Positions 36,063 through 38,004 of a DNA stretch of 38,004 nt are shown here, one piece after another. Position numbers and translations under genes: made by a program. This DNA comes from Candidatus Aenigmatarchaeota archaeon. Its GTDB lineage: Archaea; Aenigmatarchaeota; Aenigmatarchaeia; CG10238-14; SCSR01. How positions within the stretch are numbered: the stretch's first letter is position 1; each line of letters starts with the position of its first letter. The stretch covers positions 1-38,004 of the forward strand of contig JAWCSL010000008.1 of assembly GCA_039090665.1 (NCBI GenBank), read 5' to 3'. The notes under the pieces are model-generated. The model was not told where the DNA came from and did not search any database. It was given only the letters and a program-made list of their open reading frames with translations.

Positions 36063-37640
36063 ATGATAGACAAAATAGCTAGTGAGTTACTATTACCGAT
36101 ACTTCAAGAAGAAAACGCAAGAAGAGTAAAAGAAATAGGAACAGATTCTTCTAATCAAATTTTTAATAATTGGAGATGTATAGATGCAGTTTATAAGAAT
36201 TTTTTAAATGCTGTGGAGAAGGGAAATTTAAATGAAGCTAGAAAGTTAATATACGCTCAAAAACAATTCCTCAATTATTTTTCTGGCTTACTCGACAAAC
36301 TTTATAAAATAACAGAAATCGCAGAAGAAAGAGAAGATCAATCAAAGATTATGGAAATTCTAAAAAAGGAAGATGAATTAGAAATAATGAAAACATGGGG
36401 AATAAGAGAAAAAAGAAAGAGACAAATAAATAAAGCACGTAGGATGATTAAACAATACATAGAGTATTGTAAAAAATTAGAAGAAAATTTGAATGTAAAC
36501 AGTTCCGAATCTTTGTTCCACTACGGGACTTTAGTTTATTTAATGAATGAGAGAGCTTGCACAGCTTGTCAGATAATTGATACTACTCTTGATAGGACTT
36601 GCAGAATTTTAGAAATATGTAAAAATAAAGGTGAAGAGGAATACTCAAGACAAATTAGAGAATTGAAAAGGAAAATAACTTCAACGGCAGTTCGATATTT
36701 AACCACACTTAATCTTTCTAAAAATTTTGATAGGGTTGTTTCTTCAAACGGGAAAGTTTTTGGTGTACATGGTGAATATGATCATGATTATATAGGAGAG
36801 ACTGATTTAACACTTGCTCTCATTCAACCAATAAAATTTACTATTCCGCTTCTAGATGCAACCGATGAAGACATCAATAAACTTAAGAAAAAAATAGAAG
36901 AAGTGATAAAAGAATACGGATTGGATAAAGAAGCTGAAGTTAGTATCCTGAATAGAGTAAGAGGAGCGACAGATTTGTTATGGAATTTGTATGGGCTAGA
37001 TGACATAGATGCTGTTATTATTGATGCAAAACAACTTGAACTCATAACTAACGAAAGAAAACAAATTATAAGAGAATTATTTAAAAGGGGAAAATGCCAT
37101 GCCATACCATTTTTCCAAATCCAAACATTCATAGAACCAAAACTTTATCAAATTACTGATATTTTAGTGCGGTTTGTAAGTGAAAATATGAATGAACCAA
37201 CAACCCTAAAGAAGCAAGAGGAATATGCTAAAGATGAATATTTGAGAAAATATCATTCAATTCTTTATTCAATAGCAAGCACGCTTTCTCAATTAAAATC
37301 TACAGTTGAAGATGCAAAGCAAGGAAAAAGCATTCGATATCACGATTTGATTAATCTTCAAAAACAGCTATCTGAAAATGTAAAAGAACTTCTTAGTCCT
37401 TATGGCATATTATTGATAGTGGAAGAAAATCAGCCCCATAAATTAATTAGAGAGAACATACGTCTAATTTTGGAAAATATAGATAATGAGATTGAAAATT
37501 ACAGGAGAAATGCTAGTTTCTCAGAAGAGATGGAGAACAATATCATTCTTATGGGGGAATATGTGGCTAGAGCTATAACTCGAGCTCAATCTCTACAAAA
37601 CAGCGGAAAAAAAAATGAAGAACCAAATTATTTAGTCTAA
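36063..37640 (+). CDS. Large helical hypothetical protein
   Basis: Long open frame; start moved to ATG 36063 after aaggtg; no recognised motif. Confidence 0.7.
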   Translation: MIDKIASELLLPILQEENARRVKEIGTDSSNQIFNNWRCIDAVYKNFLNAVEKGNLNEARKLIYAQKQFLNYFSGLLDKLYKITEIAEEREDQSKIMEILKKEDELEIMKTWGIREKRKRQINKARRMIKQYIEYCKKLEENLNVNSSESLFHYGTLVYLMNERACTACQIIDTTLDRTCRILEICKNKGEEEYSRQIRELKRKITSTAVRYLTTLNLSKNFDRVVSSNGKVFGVHGEYDHDYIGETDLTLALIQPIKFTIPLLDATDEDINKLKKKIEEVIKEYGLDKEAEVSILNRVRGATDLLWNLYGLDDIDAVIIDAKQLELITNERKQIIRELFKRGKCHAIPFFQIQTFIEPKLYQITDILVRFVSENMNEPTTLKKQEEYAKDEYLRKYHSILYSIASTLSQLKSTVEDAKQGKSIRYHDLINLQKQLSENVKELLSPYGILLIVEENQPHKLIRENIRLILENIDNEIENYRRNASFSEEMENNIILMGEYVARAITRAQSLQNSGKKNEEPNYLV

Positions 37641-37641
37641 T

Positions 37642-37929
37642 TTATTCATAAGAGTGTAGGATTATATCTATCTCGGAGTTACCCATAGCTTTATATATAG
37701 CCATATCTAATAATCGTTGAGCTTCTTCTAGAGAATTCTCTATAGCTATTTTCTCTCTATAAGTAAGAGGAGCAAATCCTATACTGCCGGTATTATTTAT
37801 CTCGTCCACTTCTACATATACTCTTCTAACTCCTGGATTTTTCAGGTTTACCACTTGTAAAATTTCCTTAATATCTTCCGGATCTCCCACAATTTCGTAT
37901 TCCAGAATTCTTAAAGTTTTTGGAACCAT
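37642..37929 (-). CDS. Hypothetical protein
   Basis: 95-aa ORF convergent on and abutting 36063..37640. Confidence 0.55.
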   Translation of the reverse strand: MVPKTLRILEYEIVGDPEDIKEILQVVNLKNPGVRRVYVEVDEINNTGSIGFAPLTYREKIAIENSLEEAQRLLDMAIYKAMGNSEIDIILHSYE

Positions 37930-38004
37930 ATTTTCCTAATTTAAAATTGTTTTCAAAAATTTATAAAGTTTATTACCAACTTTATTCACAAAATTCAGTT
38001 AAGA

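Noticed and set aside
1549..37132. Many 60-150 aa ORFs antisense to or nested in annotated genes (e.g. 1549..1839, 16548..17003, 18182..18640, 27152..27598, 36824..37132)
   Set aside because: Ser/Phe/Leu-rich mirror images of Lys/Glu-rich genes with no motifs.
1..38004. tRNA, rRNA, CRISPR array, integrase or transposase
   Set aside because: No cloverleaf, rRNA-like GC-rich tract, regularly spaced repeats or recombinase motifs were found by eye.

Overview
AT-rich, gene-dense archaeal chromosome segment. The gene set (RFC S/L, MCM, TBP, aIF2-beta, RPA2-like, Rpo11, Dph2, eS26, many class III signal-peptide proteins) fits a DPANN archaeon, possibly Aenigmarchaeota; the lineage is inferred, not verified. 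The core holds replication, transcription and translation genes, including an intein-containing MCM, and a large bidirectional type IV pilus/Tad-like cluster. rtcB and archease are separated by a small island of degraded or tiny genes. The most unusual element is at the left edge: a stop-free minus-strand ORF of at least 479 codons (1437 to beyond position 1) that the ORF track missed. It reads as a polyprotein in which a duplicated signal-peptide/'ALA-QT..LSEIT' cassette separates a CPBP intramembrane protease from a PIN-like nuclease. It is translationally coupled to two tandem PD-(D/E)XK nuclease-wHTH paralogs that lie behind a perfect 32-bp palindrome. Two candidate structured RNAs flank the rtcB/archease region. 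All calls come from reading motifs by eye; no database searches were run.
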